NCBI GenBank assembly: GCA_038147085.1
Contig: JAYQSV010000001.1
Location: forward strand, 485,983-549,982
DNA from: Candidatus Actinomarina sp.
Lineage (GTDB): Bacteria > Actinomycetota > Acidimicrobiia > Actinomarinales > Actinomarinaceae
DNA length: 64,000 bases
Direction of reading: 5' to 3'
Part shown: positions 29,293 to 40,702 of the stretch, piece by piece
Position numbering within the stretch: the first letter of the stretch is position 1
How the letters are laid out: each line of letters opens with the position of its first letter
Program-made: the position numbers and the translations under genes
The notes under the pieces: model-generated
Database searches by the model: none
The model's input: the letters and a program-made list of their open reading frames with translations, nothing else
What the model was told of the DNA's origin: nothing

Positions 29293-30962
29293 AGTTCTAC
29301 AAAATAAAAATCTGGTCATTATTTTCATTATTCATATTCTTTTTCATTACTTTTTCAGGTTTATTTCTTAGCAAAGTTTATGATTTACAATTTAATAAAG
29401 CTGAATACTTCCAAGAACAAGCGCTATCTTATAGGGTAAAAACTGAAGTCCTAGAATCCAGAAGAGGTGTTATATATGATAAAAACTTAGTCGTATTGGC
29501 ATCAAGTACAAATTCTTATGATATAGGAATTTATCCTAACAAAATAGATGATATAAAAAATTTAGCTTCACTACTGTCAAGTTTATTAAACGTTGACACA
29601 AATTTACTTTTAACAAAATTAGTAGAAAATGATAGATTTTTTTATGCTGCTCGTAATGTAAATTATCAAATTGGGAATGAAATTAAAACATGGAGACTTC
29701 AAGGAATTGAGGTAATACCATCAAATAAAAGAATTATTCATGAAGCATCAATTGAAAAAATTATAGGCAAGGTAGATACCGATCAAAATGGAATAGAAGG
29801 TTTGGAGCTGTATTATGACAGTGTTTTAAAGGGGATTGATGGAAAAATTCAATATGAGGCTGCTCCTGATGGAACAATAATACCTCAGGCTAAAATTGTT
29901 ACGACTCAACCAATTCATGGTGAAGATTTAATTTTAACTATTGATTCTGAATATCAATATTTAAGTCAAAATTTGTGTTTTGAAGCTTTAAAGAATACGG
30001 ATGCATTTAATTGTTCGATTGTTTTTGCAAATGCAAACACCGGTGAAATTTTAATTTCGGTAGAGGAGGAGAACCCAAATGAAAATTTAAATATTAATTT
30101 GATTAGTGCTAGAGGACAATATGAACCAGGTTCGTCATTTAAAATCTTTTCAGTTGGTCTTGCACTTGATAAGGGACTAATAAATGAAAATACTGTATTT
30201 TTAGTTGATGATTACATAGAAATAATCGAAGGTTCTTGTAACAGTGGTTACCAAGGTTATAAAGGTTGTTATAAAGATTTTTTGAAACATGAGCCTTATA
30301 ATTTAACAGTTAAAGAAATTATTGAAAGATCTTCAAACGTTGGGGCAATACTAGCTACAGAAAATTTAGAAATTTCTCAATTAGAAGATTTTCTTAAAAG
30401 TCTTGGTTTTAGTCAAAAAACTGGAGTTGAACTTACAGGCGAATCGAAAGGAAGTTTTTCAGACTATAAAACTTGTAAAACTTGTCTCAGTTCACTTGCA
30501 ATAGGTTATTCAGTAAATGTAACACAATTACAAATGGTTAAAGCTTATTCAACAATTGTAAATGGTGGTAAAACGATAGAGCTTACTATCATAAAAAAAC
30601 CACAAAATTTTGAAAATCAAAATCAAGTTATTTCAGAAGAGCTTTCTTTCAGAATGAAAAATCTATTAATTAATGTTGTTGAAGGAGAAAATGGTACTGG
30701 TAGATCTGTAAGGAAAGAAAATTTAATTATAGGAGGAAAAACTGGAACCAGTAGAACACATATTGAAGGAGTTGGTTATTCTAATTCAAGATTTAATACT
30801 TCCTTTACGGGATTTGTAGAAACTGAAAATGGACCTATAGTTGGCTCAGTAATACTTTGGGGTGCTTCAATTTCTCCTTATACAGAATATGTAACAGGTG
30901 GTTCTACTGCAGCACCAATATTTAAATCAATCATTGAGTATTTAGTTCCTGGTTCAAAATGA
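29289..30962 (+). CDS. ftsI: Penicillin-binding protein, class B (FtsI-like transpeptidase)
   Basis: SSFK (SxxK), SSN and KTGT active-site motifs in order. N-terminal TM anchor. Confidence 0.85.
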   Translation: MKFYKIKIWSLFSLFIFFFITFSGLFLSKVYDLQFNKAEYFQEQALSYRVKTEVLESRRGVIYDKNLVVLASSTNSYDIGIYPNKIDDIKNLASLLSSLLNVDTNLLLTKLVENDRFFYAARNVNYQIGNEIKTWRLQGIEVIPSNKRIIHEASIEKIIGKVDTDQNGIEGLELYYDSVLKGIDGKIQYEAAPDGTIIPQAKIVTTQPIHGEDLILTIDSEYQYLSQNLCFEALKNTDAFNCSIVFANANTGEILISVEEENPNENLNINLISARGQYEPGSSFKIFSVGLALDKGLINENTVFLVDDYIEIIEGSCNSGYQGYKGCYKDFLKHEPYNLTVKEIIERSSNVGAILATENLEISQLEDFLKSLGFSQKTGVELTGESKGSFSDYKTCKTCLSSLAIGYSVNVTQLQMVKAYSTIVNGGKTIELTIIKKPQNFENQNQVISEELSFRMKNLLINVVEGENGTGRSVRKENLIIGGKTGTSRTHIEGVGYSNSRFNTSFTGFVETENGPIVGSVILWGASISPYTEYVTGGSTAAPIFKSIIEYLVPGSK

Positions 30963-32359
30963 GTCAATATTTAACTACTTCAGATTTTTCTCGGTTATCT
31001 ATTAATTATGATCATTTAGTTAATAGTTCACTAGATGTTAAAGAAGATTCAATTTTAATAATTAATAACAATAATCAAGAATTATTAGACAAATATATAA
31101 ATGATGCTTTAAAAAGAAATGTAAAACAAATTATCACTAGTTCAAAATCAAGAATTGAAGATACTAAAATATTAAAATTTAAAAATTACGAAGAAGTTTA
31201 TGATTTAGTGCTTGAAAATGTTTATAAAGATTATAAAAAATTAAATTATTATGGAATAACTGGTACAAATGGAAAAACAACAACCGGGTACTACCTAAAG
31301 CAATTACTTGGAGAGGATTGTTTATTTGTCGGAACAATTGATCAAGAAAATGATTTTTCTTTTACAAATGAAACACATTTAACAACTCCAAAATTATTTA
31401 ACTTACTTAAATTATTACGTTTAAAGAATACGAAATTTTCGTCTGTAGTATTAGAAGTTTCATCTCATGCACTAGAACAGGAACGTTTGCCAAATATTGA
31501 ATTTGCAGTTTCAGGTTTTACAAATTTATCACAGGACCATTTAGATTATCACCAAAATATGGAAAATTATTTTTTAGCAAAATCCAAATTATTTAAAAAA
31601 GGTATATCTAAAAAAATGGTTTATATTGATTCAAACTATGGAAGACAGTTATTTAATTTGTCGACAATTCCAAGTATGAGTATTGGTATTGAAAGTCAAA
31701 ATGATGTAATTTTTGACCCTGATCAGCCAATAGGTAAAATACAATTTAAATTATTAGAAAATGAATACATTTGTAATACAAACCTTAATGGTCCAAGAGC
31801 AATAGAAAATTTTTTACTTGCATTTACTATGGCATATTTTTCAGAAAATGTGGAAATAAATGAATTGATACAATTATCAAAAAACATTCAAAATCCTATA
31901 GGTAGATATCAGAAAATAAAATCAGATAAATACGAAGTAATTGTAGATTTTGCGCATACCCCAGAAGCAATAAAAGAAGTAATAAAATATGCTAAATCTA
32001 AAAAAAATAAAGTAAAAGTTGTATTAGGAGCTGGAGGGAATAGGGATAAAAGTAAAAGAAAATATATGGGTGAATCAGCTGCATTAGCTGATGAAATTAT
32101 TGTAAGTAATGATAATCCAAGAAATGAAGATCCTTATCAAATTTCTAAAGATATTTTAGAAGGAATACCTTTAAATAAAAATGTTCAAGTTGTTTTAGAT
32201 AGAGCTGAAGCTATAAATAAAGCAGTGAGCAATCTTGAGGAAGATGAAATTCTATTAATATTAGGTAAAGGTCATGAAAAGACTCAAGAAATTGAAAATG
32301 AGATGTTTAATTTTGATGATGTTCAAGTTGCATATGAGGCTTTAAAGGCAAAACAATGA
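30959..32359 (+). CDS. murE: UDP-N-acetylmuramoyl-L-alanyl-D-glutamate--2,6-diaminopimelate ligase
   Basis: GITGTNGKTT P-loop and DNPR motif (SNDNPRNEDP) characteristic of MurE. Confidence 0.85.
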   Translation: MSQYLTTSDFSRLSINYDHLVNSSLDVKEDSILIINNNNQELLDKYINDALKRNVKQIITSSKSRIEDTKILKFKNYEEVYDLVLENVYKDYKKLNYYGITGTNGKTTTGYYLKQLLGEDCLFVGTIDQENDFSFTNETHLTTPKLFNLLKLLRLKNTKFSSVVLEVSSHALEQERLPNIEFAVSGFTNLSQDHLDYHQNMENYFLAKSKLFKKGISKKMVYIDSNYGRQLFNLSTIPSMSIGIESQNDVIFDPDQPIGKIQFKLLENEYICNTNLNGPRAIENFLLAFTMAYFSENVEINELIQLSKNIQNPIGRYQKIKSDKYEVIVDFAHTPEAIKEVIKYAKSKKNKVKVVLGAGGNRDKSKRKYMGESAALADEIIVSNDNPRNEDPYQISKDILEGIPLNKNVQVVLDRAEAINKAVSNLEEDEILLILGKGHEKTQEIENEMFNFDDVQVAYEALKAKQ

Positions 32360-33414
32360 TTGGAATTATAGTATCAGGTGCGCTAAGTTTTATTTTTGTA
32401 ATTTTTTCAACAAAAATTGGGGTTAATTATTTTAAGTCAAGAAGTATAGGTCAACAAATTCAAGAGGAACTTAGTTTTCATGACCATAAAAAAGGAACGC
32501 CTACTATGGGTGGAGTTTTTATAATTTTAGGAACAGCTTTTGGTTATCTTCTTTCTCATATTAATTTTTGGACCATTGGTGAAGGATTTAAGGTTGAAAT
32601 ATTAAAAATTAATAATGTAGTTTTGAATATATTTTTATTAGCTACATTAATGGGAGTAGTTGGACTAATTGATGATTTATATAAAGTTAAAGCTAGTAGA
32701 AATCTTGGTTTAAAACCAGGAAAAAAGTTTCTTTTTCAATTTATAATTTCAATAATTTGTGTTTTTTACTTTATAAACATTCAAATTGATACAAGTTTCT
32801 ATTTTTTTAGTGGATTTGGAGTAAATATTGGATTTTTAAAATGGGTGTTAGTAGTATTTATAATTCTAGGAATAACAAATTCTGTAAATTTCACAGATGG
32901 GCTTGATGGATTAGTAGCGGGAAGCAGTTCAATAAGTTTTGGTGGAATTTTAGTTTTGTCGTTTTGGATATACAGGCATCCAGAGTACTATTCACAATTC
33001 ATAATTGATAAGTTGTTGACAGTCGATCTTTCACTTTTAATTTCTGCTGTTGCAGGATCATGTCTTGGATTTTTATGGTGGAATACTAATCCTGCAAATA
33101 TAATCATGGGAGATGTCGGATCTCATTTTATTGGTGCTCTTTTTCCAATTTTACTTTTTTCAATCGGTTCAGATGGATTAATTACGTTTTTCTGTTTTCT
33201 ATTCATATTGGAGGGATTGTCAGTGGTTATACAAATTCTTTCATTTAAATATAGAAAGAAACGTGTTTTTAAAATGGCACCTATTCATCATCACTTTGAA
33301 ATGTCTAATTGGGCTGAAACAACTATAATTGTAAGATTTTGGATCATTAACGGTATCGCAATAGTTGTAGGTCTAGGTTTATTTTACGCTGACTTTGTTC
33401 TGTTTGGTCAATAA
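32356..33414 (+). CDS. mraY: Phospho-N-acetylmuramoyl-pentapeptide transferase
   Basis: MraY family motifs (TPTMGGVF, NSVNFTDGLDGL, MGDVGS). 10 TM helices. Confidence 0.9.
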   Translation: MIGIIVSGALSFIFVIFSTKIGVNYFKSRSIGQQIQEELSFHDHKKGTPTMGGVFIILGTAFGYLLSHINFWTIGEGFKVEILKINNVVLNIFLLATLMGVVGLIDDLYKVKASRNLGLKPGKKFLFQFIISIICVFYFINIQIDTSFYFFSGFGVNIGFLKWVLVVFIILGITNSVNFTDGLDGLVAGSSSISFGGILVLSFWIYRHPEYYSQFIIDKLLTVDLSLLISAVAGSCLGFLWWNTNPANIIMGDVGSHFIGALFPILLFSIGSDGLITFFCFLFILEGLSVVIQILSFKYRKKRVFKMAPIHHHFEMSNWAETTIIVRFWIINGIAIVVGLGLFYADFVLFGQ

Positions 33415-34589
33415 TGACTAATTTAATTGTAGGCTTTGGTACTACTGGAAAATCTATCCAAAGATATTTAGAAAGAAATAATGAAACTTTTTACGTTTAT
33501 GATGATTTCCAAGATATACCCGAAAATTTACAATTTAAAGAAACAAATCTTGAGAATATTAATAGAGTTATAATTTCACCAGGCATTAAGCCTGATCATT
33601 GGATATTAAAAGAAGCAAAAAAGTTAAATATTCAAATCACTACAGATATTGAAATATTTTCGAAAACAAATAATTCTAAACTAATTGGCGTTACAGGAAC
33701 AAATGGAAAAACATCATTCGTTTATTATTTATCTGAATTATTAAATAAATATGGGTACAAGTCTACAACTGCGGGCAATATTGGTTTGTCACCTTTAGAA
33801 TTGGAAAATGTTGATAAAATCTATGATTATATAATTATTGAATTGTCGAGTTTTCAACTGGAATACTTAAACTATCTAGATCTTGATATTTCTATAATTA
33901 CTAATATTTTTGAAGATCATATTGATTGGCATGAAACTTTCCAAAATTATTACTTAGCAAAAATTAAAATACTCAATTTTGTAAAAAATAATTCAGATAT
34001 TTACATAGGAGAAGTTGATGGAAGGGTTGTTATTGATAATAAGTTTAAAGTTAACAAAATTGATAAAAAGAAATATAATCTTGAAAATTTTTACGATGAG
34101 TTTGTAAATTTAATGGTTAGTTTGTGTGAGAGATTTAAAATAAGTGAAGAACAAGTTTTGAGTTATTTAAATAATTCAAAGAATATGGAGCATAGATTTG
34201 AAAAGTTTTTTGAAAAAAATTCAACAATATTTATTAACGACTCAAAATCTACAAATTTTCAATCAGTATTCAAAGCAACTACTAAAGTAACAAATTCATT
34301 ACTTATTCTCCATGGTTTAACTAAAGGAATAGATCCTAAAACTTTAAATTTATCAAAAAATGTAAAAGAAGTCTTAGTACCAACTTATATGCAGGACAAT
34401 TTAAATCTAAAAAATGTAAAATTTACCGTTTATACAGAGTTTGGTGATTTAAGAAAATTAATAAATGAAAAGTATAAAGATTATGATTATGTTTTATTTT
34501 CATGTGGGGGCTCAAGCTTTAATGAATTTAAAAATTATAAAGAACGTGGAGAACAATTTAAAAAACTAGTAATGGAGTTACTGCAATGA
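33414..34589 (+). CDS. murD: UDP-N-acetylmuramoylalanine--D-glutamate ligase
   Basis: GVTGTNGKTS P-loop, Mur ligase fold, canonical position. Confidence 0.85.
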   Translation: MTNLIVGFGTTGKSIQRYLERNNETFYVYDDFQDIPENLQFKETNLENINRVIISPGIKPDHWILKEAKKLNIQITTDIEIFSKTNNSKLIGVTGTNGKTSFVYYLSELLNKYGYKSTTAGNIGLSPLELENVDKIYDYIIIELSSFQLEYLNYLDLDISIITNIFEDHIDWHETFQNYYLAKIKILNFVKNNSDIYIGEVDGRVVIDNKFKVNKIDKKKYNLENFYDEFVNLMVSLCERFKISEEQVLSYLNNSKNMEHRFEKFFEKNSTIFINDSKSTNFQSVFKATTKVTNSLLILHGLTKGIDPKTLNLSKNVKEVLVPTYMQDNLNLKNVKFTVYTEFGDLRKLINEKYKDYDYVLFSCGGSSFNEFKNYKERGEQFKKLVMELLQ

Positions 34590-35683
34590 AAGTTTATAAT
34601 GAAATTTTTTTGAAGAGGCTAAACATTGTTTCAATTTCATTCTTAGTTTCATTTGGGATATTACTAAATGTTTCAGCCTCATCCGTACAAGGTTTAAATC
34701 TTTATAATGATAATTTTTACTTCATTAAAAGACATTTATTGGCGGTAATTGTTGGAATATTCTTATTCAATGTTATTAAAAATTTTGAAATAAAAACTAT
34801 TACAAAGTTTTCATCTACTTTAATAGTTGTTATATCAATTATGCTTTTTTTGGTTTTAACTTATGGAATAGTAGTAGGAGGAAGTAGAAGGTGGATTGAT
34901 CTTGGTCCAATTAATTTACAGCCAAGTGAAATATCAAAACCTATAATTCTTTTATGGGTTTCTACTCAAGTATCCTTAAAATATAAAAATGAAAATGATT
35001 TATTAATATTATTTAGATCTTTATTCCTTCCGTTACTTTGCGCTGTTTTGATATTATTTGAGCCAGATTATGGAACATTTGCAACAATTTGCTTTATTGT
35101 ATTTGTTCAAATATTTTTTTCAAAAATAAAATTTATTTATCCAGCTACATTGTTAGGTGCGGTTACACCGCTTTTATATTTTTTAGCCAATTCTTCAGAT
35201 TATAGAGTTAAAAGAATTCAAACATGGTTTTCTGGAAAGTGTGACATTGGAGAAGATTTACTAGGGGATTGTTTCCAGCTCAACCAAAGTCGAATTGCAA
35301 TTAGTTCCGGAGGTTTTTTTGGTCTTGGTCCAGGAACTTCGAGAGCTCGGTGGGGTTCATTGCCTAATGCATACTCAGATTTTATAGCTTCGATAATAGG
35401 TGAAGAGTATGGTTTTTTTGGTATGTTCATATTGATTTCGTTGTTTTTTATTTTAATTATCTCCACCTTTATTATTGGTATTAGAGAATCATCAAAAATC
35501 AAACAGCTTTACATAATTGGTTTTGGTTCTTGGATATTTTTTCAAACAGTAATTAATTTAGGCGGTGCTGTTGGTATAGTACCTATTACTGGAATGGTGC
35601 TTCCATTTGTATCATATGGCTCTACAGCTATGGTTTCAATTTTTGTCGGTTTAGGTATCATGTATTCTAGAAGTAATGAATAA
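34586..35683 (+). CDS. ftsW: FtsW/RodA (SEDS) peptidoglycan glycosyltransferase
   Basis: SEDS family, 10 TM helices, conserved C-terminal block. Position between murD and murG. Confidence 0.85.
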   Translation: MKVYNEIFLKRLNIVSISFLVSFGILLNVSASSVQGLNLYNDNFYFIKRHLLAVIVGIFLFNVIKNFEIKTITKFSSTLIVVISIMLFLVLTYGIVVGGSRRWIDLGPINLQPSEISKPIILLWVSTQVSLKYKNENDLLILFRSLFLPLLCAVLILFEPDYGTFATICFIVFVQIFFSKIKFIYPATLLGAVTPLLYFLANSSDYRVKRIQTWFSGKCDIGEDLLGDCFQLNQSRIAISSGGFFGLGPGTSRARWGSLPNAYSDFIASIIGEEYGFFGMFILISLFFILIISTFIIGIRESSKIKQLYIIGFGSWIFFQTVINLGGAVGIVPITGMVLPFVSYGSTAMVSIFVGLGIMYSRSNE

Positions 35684-36689
35684 AAAAATATGTTTTTTTT
35701 GCGTTGGAACAGGGGGACATGTTCTACCAGTTAAAAATTTAGTACTTGGTTTGTTAAACAAAGGTATTTCAAACGAAAAAATTATTGTTATAACTGATAA
35801 AAGGGGTAGTGTTTATTTAAAAGATTTGTCTGTTGAAGTAACAGTTTTTGAATTTTACGCATCAAAAAATGGAATTCTAGGATATTTATTAAACCTGAGA
35901 AGAATTTTTGTATCTATTTTGCAAATTTATAGTTATTTGAAGAATAAAAATATAAGTATCTTTTTTTCAAGTGGTTCTTATATTTCTCCTATTGCAGGTA
36001 TTGTATCAAAATTGAATAAATGTAAATTTTTTATTCAAGAACAAAATGTGTATGCAGGTTTAGGTAATAAATTAGCTTCAATTTTTGCATTTAAAATATT
36101 TACCTCATTCGAAATAACTTTAAACATAAATGATAAAAAATGTTTTTATTCAGGTCCGATTGTTAATACTAAGTTACTTCCACGAAAAGTTGAAGATTTA
36201 GAACTCAACAGTGTAGGTTTTTATGGTGGTAGTCAAGGTTCTGAACAAATAAATAAATTTGTAGAAGACTTTCTTCAAGATGAATCAAGTTTAAATTATA
36301 AAATAATACATATAACTGGAGAAAAACATTTCAAGAATGTTGAAACAAATAGAAATTATAAAAATTATGCGTTTCTTGAAGATATAGATAAGTTCTATAA
36401 TGAAACATCAATTATCGTAGGTAGAGCTGGAGGGGGGTCCTTAGAGCCTGCATTCTTGGGCATACCACAAATACTTATTCCTTATAAATTTGGTACAACA
36501 TCTTCTCATCAGAGCTTAAATGCAGATTATATTGAAAAAAATGAATTCGGATATATTGTTAATTCATATGAAGAATTAATAGACTCTATCAACTTAATTT
36601 CCTTAAATATAAAAAATAAAAAACAACTTCCAACACTTAAATCTGGGAACAATTTAATAATCGAGGAACTTTTTAATGAGCTTCATTGA
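35676..36689 (+). CDS. murG: UDP-GlcNAc:lipid I N-acetylglucosaminyltransferase
   Basis: GT28 N-terminus FFCVGTGGHVLP, then C-terminal UDP-sugar binding region. Confidence 0.8.
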   Translation: MNKKICFFCVGTGGHVLPVKNLVLGLLNKGISNEKIIVITDKRGSVYLKDLSVEVTVFEFYASKNGILGYLLNLRRIFVSILQIYSYLKNKNISIFFSSGSYISPIAGIVSKLNKCKFFIQEQNVYAGLGNKLASIFAFKIFTSFEITLNINDKKCFYSGPIVNTKLLPRKVEDLELNSVGFYGGSQGSEQINKFVEDFLQDESSLNYKIIHITGEKHFKNVETNRNYKNYAFLEDIDKFYNETSIIVGRAGGGSLEPAFLGIPQILIPYKFGTTSSHQSLNADYIEKNEFGYIVNSYEELIDSINLISLNIKNKKQLPTLKSGNNLIIEELFNELH

Positions 36690-37992
36690 TCAATATCAAA
36701 AAGTTTTCATTCTAGGACTTGGAGGTTCTGGTATGAGTTCAATTGCAAAATTTTTAAGTCAAAAGGGTCATGAAGTCAGTGGGTATGACCAAAGGCAATC
36801 ATATATAACAAATTTGCTTGCAAATGATGGAATTGAATCATTTCATGATTTAAAAAGTTTGAAATATGAAAAAAGCGTTTTGTTCATTGTTTCTTCAGCA
36901 GTAAATCTAAAAAACACATTTTTAGTAGATTACTTAAATGAGGAAAACGTTTTAACAAGACCTCAGTTTTTAAAAAAAATATCTGAAGAATTTGAAATAA
37001 TCGGCGTTACTGGAACTCATGGTAAAACTTCAACTACAGCATTACTATCACATATATTTCACTTTAATAAAATTGATGTATCTTATATATTTGGTGGAGT
37101 AACTTCGTTTAATGGTATTGGAGGTCATTATGGTACCTTCAATAAAATGTTAATTTTAGAGACAGATGAAGCTTTTAATACATTTGAAGAATTAAAAATT
37201 TCAAGTTTATTAGTAACAAATATTGATAATGACCACCTTGATCATTATGGAAGTTTTGAAAATTTAGTCAAAGCTTTTCATACTGTTATAAGAAATGTAA
37301 GTAACAATAAAATTCTAAATTATGAAGATGAAGAACTAAAAAACATAAAATCTATTGGCACAGTATTTTACGGGTCTTCAGAATCATCAGATTATAAAAT
37401 TGATTATCCTGATACGTTCAAATATAAGAAAAAATCATACAAGATTAAAACTAAATTAATTGGTAATCATTTTGTATCGAATATTGTTGGAGCAATTGCA
37501 ATTGCTGAAACTTTAGGAATTGAAATAAATGATTCACTTTTAGCTTTAGAACATTTCAATGGTGTTAAAAGAAGAACTGAATTTATCGGTGAATTTAATA
37601 ATATAAAAATTTATGATGATTACGGTCATCATTCAACTGAAATAAGATCTACAATTTCAGCTCTAAAAGAAAAATATAATGGAAGATTAATTACCATTTT
37701 CCAACCGCATAGATTTACAAGAACAAGAGATAATTTTGATACATTAAAAAAAAGTTTAGAAATTTCAGACATAGCTTATGTTACAGACATTTTCCCAGCT
37801 GGTGAAGATCCGATTCCAGGTATACATAGTTCTAAATTTGAATCTAATAAAATTAAATATATAAAATCACCAAGAATGTTATTACAGCTAATAAAAAATG
37901 AAGCTATCCCAGGAGACATAGTCCTTACTATTGGAGCAGGAGATATTACATTATTAGGACCTCAAATTTTAAGGTACATAAAAAATGAGTAA
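36676..37992 (+). CDS. murC: UDP-N-acetylmuramate--L-alanine ligase
   Basis: GVTGTHGKTSTTAL P-loop, Mur ligase. Confidence 0.85.
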   Translation: MSFIDQYQKVFILGLGGSGMSSIAKFLSQKGHEVSGYDQRQSYITNLLANDGIESFHDLKSLKYEKSVLFIVSSAVNLKNTFLVDYLNEENVLTRPQFLKKISEEFEIIGVTGTHGKTSTTALLSHIFHFNKIDVSYIFGGVTSFNGIGGHYGTFNKMLILETDEAFNTFEELKISSLLVTNIDNDHLDHYGSFENLVKAFHTVIRNVSNNKILNYEDEELKNIKSIGTVFYGSSESSDYKIDYPDTFKYKKKSYKIKTKLIGNHFVSNIVGAIAIAETLGIEINDSLLALEHFNGVKRRTEFIGEFNNIKIYDDYGHHSTEIRSTISALKEKYNGRLITIFQPHRFTRTRDNFDTLKKSLEISDIAYVTDIFPAGEDPIPGIHSSKFESNKIKYIKSPRMLLQLIKNEAIPGDIVLTIGAGDITLLGPQILRYIKNE

Positions 37993-38839
37993 TAAAATTC
38001 TTTTAAGCAACGTTACAACCTATAGATTCGGAGGAGAGTGTAATAGTTTTTATGTACTCAATTCTGTTAATCAAATAAAAGAAATTTTTAAACATACGAT
38101 TCAAAACGACATATTTATTCTTGGAAAAGGATCGAATGTTGCGTTTTCTGATGAAGGTTATAAAGGAACAATTATTAAAAATGAAATAGAATTTATAGAA
38201 ATACTTGATGATAAGAAAACTATTAATGTTGGCGCTGGATCCTTTTTACCTGATGTATCAAGATTTTTATATAAACACGGTCTTTCCGGTGGTGAATTTT
38301 TATTAGGTATTCCAGGTACAGTAGGCGGTGCAATAAAAATGAACGCCGGAAGTTATGGCTACGAAATTGGAAATTTTGTTGAAAGTATTACATGTTTTGA
38401 TCTAGATTTGGGAAAAATAATTGAAATAGAATCTAAAAATTTAAACTTTCACTACAGGAAGACACAAAATCTAGAAAATTACATAATCTTGTCTGCAAAA
38501 CTGATTTTCAATGCTGCAGATCCAAAAATAATTAAAGATAAAATGTCAGAAATGAACAAATTAAGAAAAAAATCTCAACCTTCGGCAATCTATAATGCCG
38601 GTTCAGTATTTAAAAACCCTAAAGGTTATTATGCTGCAGAGTTAATTGATAAAGCTGGCCTGAAGGGTTTTGAAATAGACGGAGTTAGTGTTAGTAATAA
38701 GCATGCTAATTTTTTTGTTGCAAAAAAAGGTGCATCAGCTAAATCTCTTTATAATTTAGTTCAACATGTAAAAGATACTGTAAATATTAAATACGGAGTA
38801 ACTTTAGAAGAAGAAATAATATTTATTGGAAATTTTTGA
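37985..38839 (+). CDS. murB: UDP-N-acetylenolpyruvoylglucosamine reductase
   Basis: FAD-binding PCMH domain (GKGSNV...) and MurB C-terminal domain. Confidence 0.8.
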   Translation: MSNKILLSNVTTYRFGGECNSFYVLNSVNQIKEIFKHTIQNDIFILGKGSNVAFSDEGYKGTIIKNEIEFIEILDDKKTINVGAGSFLPDVSRFLYKHGLSGGEFLLGIPGTVGGAIKMNAGSYGYEIGNFVESITCFDLDLGKIIEIESKNLNFHYRKTQNLENYIILSAKLIFNAADPKIIKDKMSEMNKLRKKSQPSAIYNAGSVFKNPKGYYAAELIDKAGLKGFEIDGVSVSNKHANFFVAKKGASAKSLYNLVQHVKDTVNIKYGVTLEEEIIFIGNF

Positions 38840-39546
38840 CAATGTCTGAACAATTTGAATCAATTCAAATAAGAACATTTAAAACTTTTTTAAATTTTTC
38901 ATTTTTGATTCTTTTATTATCAATAACATTTTTTACTATATTGTCTTCAAAGTATAGAGTTTCAGATTATCAAATAATAAGAACAGATAATAGCTATTTA
39001 GAACTGAATTTAGATAGTTTAGAAACAATTAAAGGAGGTTCGATTTGGCTAATAAATGATTCAGATTTTGAAAAATTAAAATTAGAAAATAGCACTATAG
39101 AAACAATAAACTATACAAAAAATTTACCAAATAATGTGATAATAGAAATAAAAGAATTTGAAGCGATAGCTTCAATAACTGACCTTAGAAACAGTATTCC
39201 AAAAAATACAATATTGTTTAAAAATCAAATTGAGATAAATAAAAACTCTGCGTTGCAAGATTTACCTACTGTAACTGTATCTAATGGTCCAGTTGCAAAT
39301 AATTTTAGCGGAGAGCTTGTTTCATTCTTTGTAACTTTAAAAAAATTTAACTTAAGAGTAGCAGACTTCTCTTTAGTCCATAATGGGACTAGCTTAATTG
39401 GAGAATTCAGAGGTTTGCAAATTTTCTTTGGTCAGCCGGTTGATCTAGGAATCAAAGCGTCCGTTCTAGGCGATTTTTTAAACTCCAAAACTTGCACTGG
39501 AGAAGTGAGGTTTTTATCTTCAGAAGAAATTGTTTCGGATTGTTAA
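38836..39546 (+). CDS. ftsQ: FtsQ/DivIB-like cell division protein
   Basis: N-terminal TM plus POTRA-like region. Position immediately upstream of ftsZ. Confidence 0.55.
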   Translation: MTMSEQFESIQIRTFKTFLNFSFLILLLSITFFTILSSKYRVSDYQIIRTDNSYLELNLDSLETIKGGSIWLINDSDFEKLKLENSTIETINYTKNLPNNVIIEIKEFEAIASITDLRNSIPKNTILFKNQIEINKNSALQDLPTVTVSNGPVANNFSGELVSFFVTLKKFNLRVADFSLVHNGTSLIGEFRGLQIFFGQPVDLGIKASVLGDFLNSKTCTGEVRFLSSEEIVSDC

Positions 39547-39640
39547 TCTAAACCTAAACTATAGATATAGATAAATTTTAAAAAATTTCTTGTTTTAATT
39601 GTTTTGAACTGATAATATTTTTTTATTAACTGGAGAAGAG

Positions 39641-40702
39641 ATGACAACTAAAACAAAAAATAATAAAGGAGTTAATTTAAATATGAGACCCAAAAACTAT
39701 ACAGCAGTTATCAAAGTTGTTGGTGTTGGTGGCGGTGGAACCAATGCTGTAAATAGAATGATTAAAATGGGCATTAAAGGTGTTGATTTTATAGCTGCAA
39801 ACACAGATGCACAAAGTTTGTTAGGTTCTAAAGCTGACTTAAAATTAGATTTAGGGAGAAAAACAACTAGAGGACTAGGAGCAGGAGCAAACCCTGAAGT
39901 AGGAAGGCAAGCTGCTATTGATTCTAGAGAACTAATTGAGGAAGCTTTAAAAGGATCTGATATGGTTTTTATAACTGCTGGTGAAGGTGGCGGCACTGGA
40001 ACTGGAGCATCACCAATTATTGCTGAGATAGCTCACGAACTAGGAGCTTTAACAGTTGGTGTTGTTACTAGACCATTTGGCTTTGAAGGTAGAAGAAGAT
40101 CTGTACAAGCAGAAGAAGGCGTTCAAGCTTTACGTGATGTGTTAGATACTTTGATTGTTATTCCAAACGATCGTCTTTTACAAATAAGTGATAAAGATAT
40201 TAAGGCTAGTGAAGCTTACATTAAGTCTGATGAAATTTTATCTAATGGAGTAAAAGGTATTTCTGGTTTGATTACTCAACCAGGTGTAATAAATGTTGAC
40301 TTTGCAGACGTAAGAACAATATTAAAAGATGCAGGTAATGCTGTATTAGGAATTGGTCGATCAACTGGAGAACAAAGAGCTCCAAATGCTGCACAAGCCG
40401 CAATATCTTCACCACTACTTGAAGCTACTATGGACGGCGCAGAAGGAGTTCTAATTACTGTTTCTGCTTCTGATGACTTAAAATTACAAGAGATAAATGA
40501 AGCAGCAAGAGTCATTACTGAAAAAGCTGATGACAATGCTGAAATCATTTTTGGACATACAGTTGACGAGACTCTCGGAGATGCTGTAGAGGTTACAGTA
40601 GTTGCAGCTGGTTTTGGTCCAAGACCAAATAGAAGACCTAAGAATAATATAAATTATGAAAATAATAATGGAGATGATTTACCTGACTTTATAAAAGGAT
40701 GA
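39641..40702 (+). CDS. ftsZ: Cell division GTPase FtsZ
   Basis: [10 protein letters not shown] tubulin signature, [14 protein letters not shown]. Confidence 0.95.
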   Translation: MTTKTKNNKGVNLNMRPKNYTAVIKVVGVGGGGTNAVNRMIKMGIKGVDFIAANTDAQSLLGSKADLKLDLGRKTTRGLGAGANPEVGRQAAIDSRELIEEALKGSDMVFITAGEGGGTGTGASPIIAEIAHELGALTVGVVTRPFGFEGRRRSVQAEEGVQALRDVLDTLIVIPNDRLLQISDKDIKASEAYIKSDEILSNGVKGISGLITQPGVINVDFADVRTILKDAGNAVLGIGRSTGEQRAPNAAQAAISSPLLEATMDGAEGVLITVSASDDLKLQEINEAARVITEKADDNAEIIFGHTVDETLGDAVEVTVVAAGFGPRPNRRPKNNINYENNNGDDLPDFIKG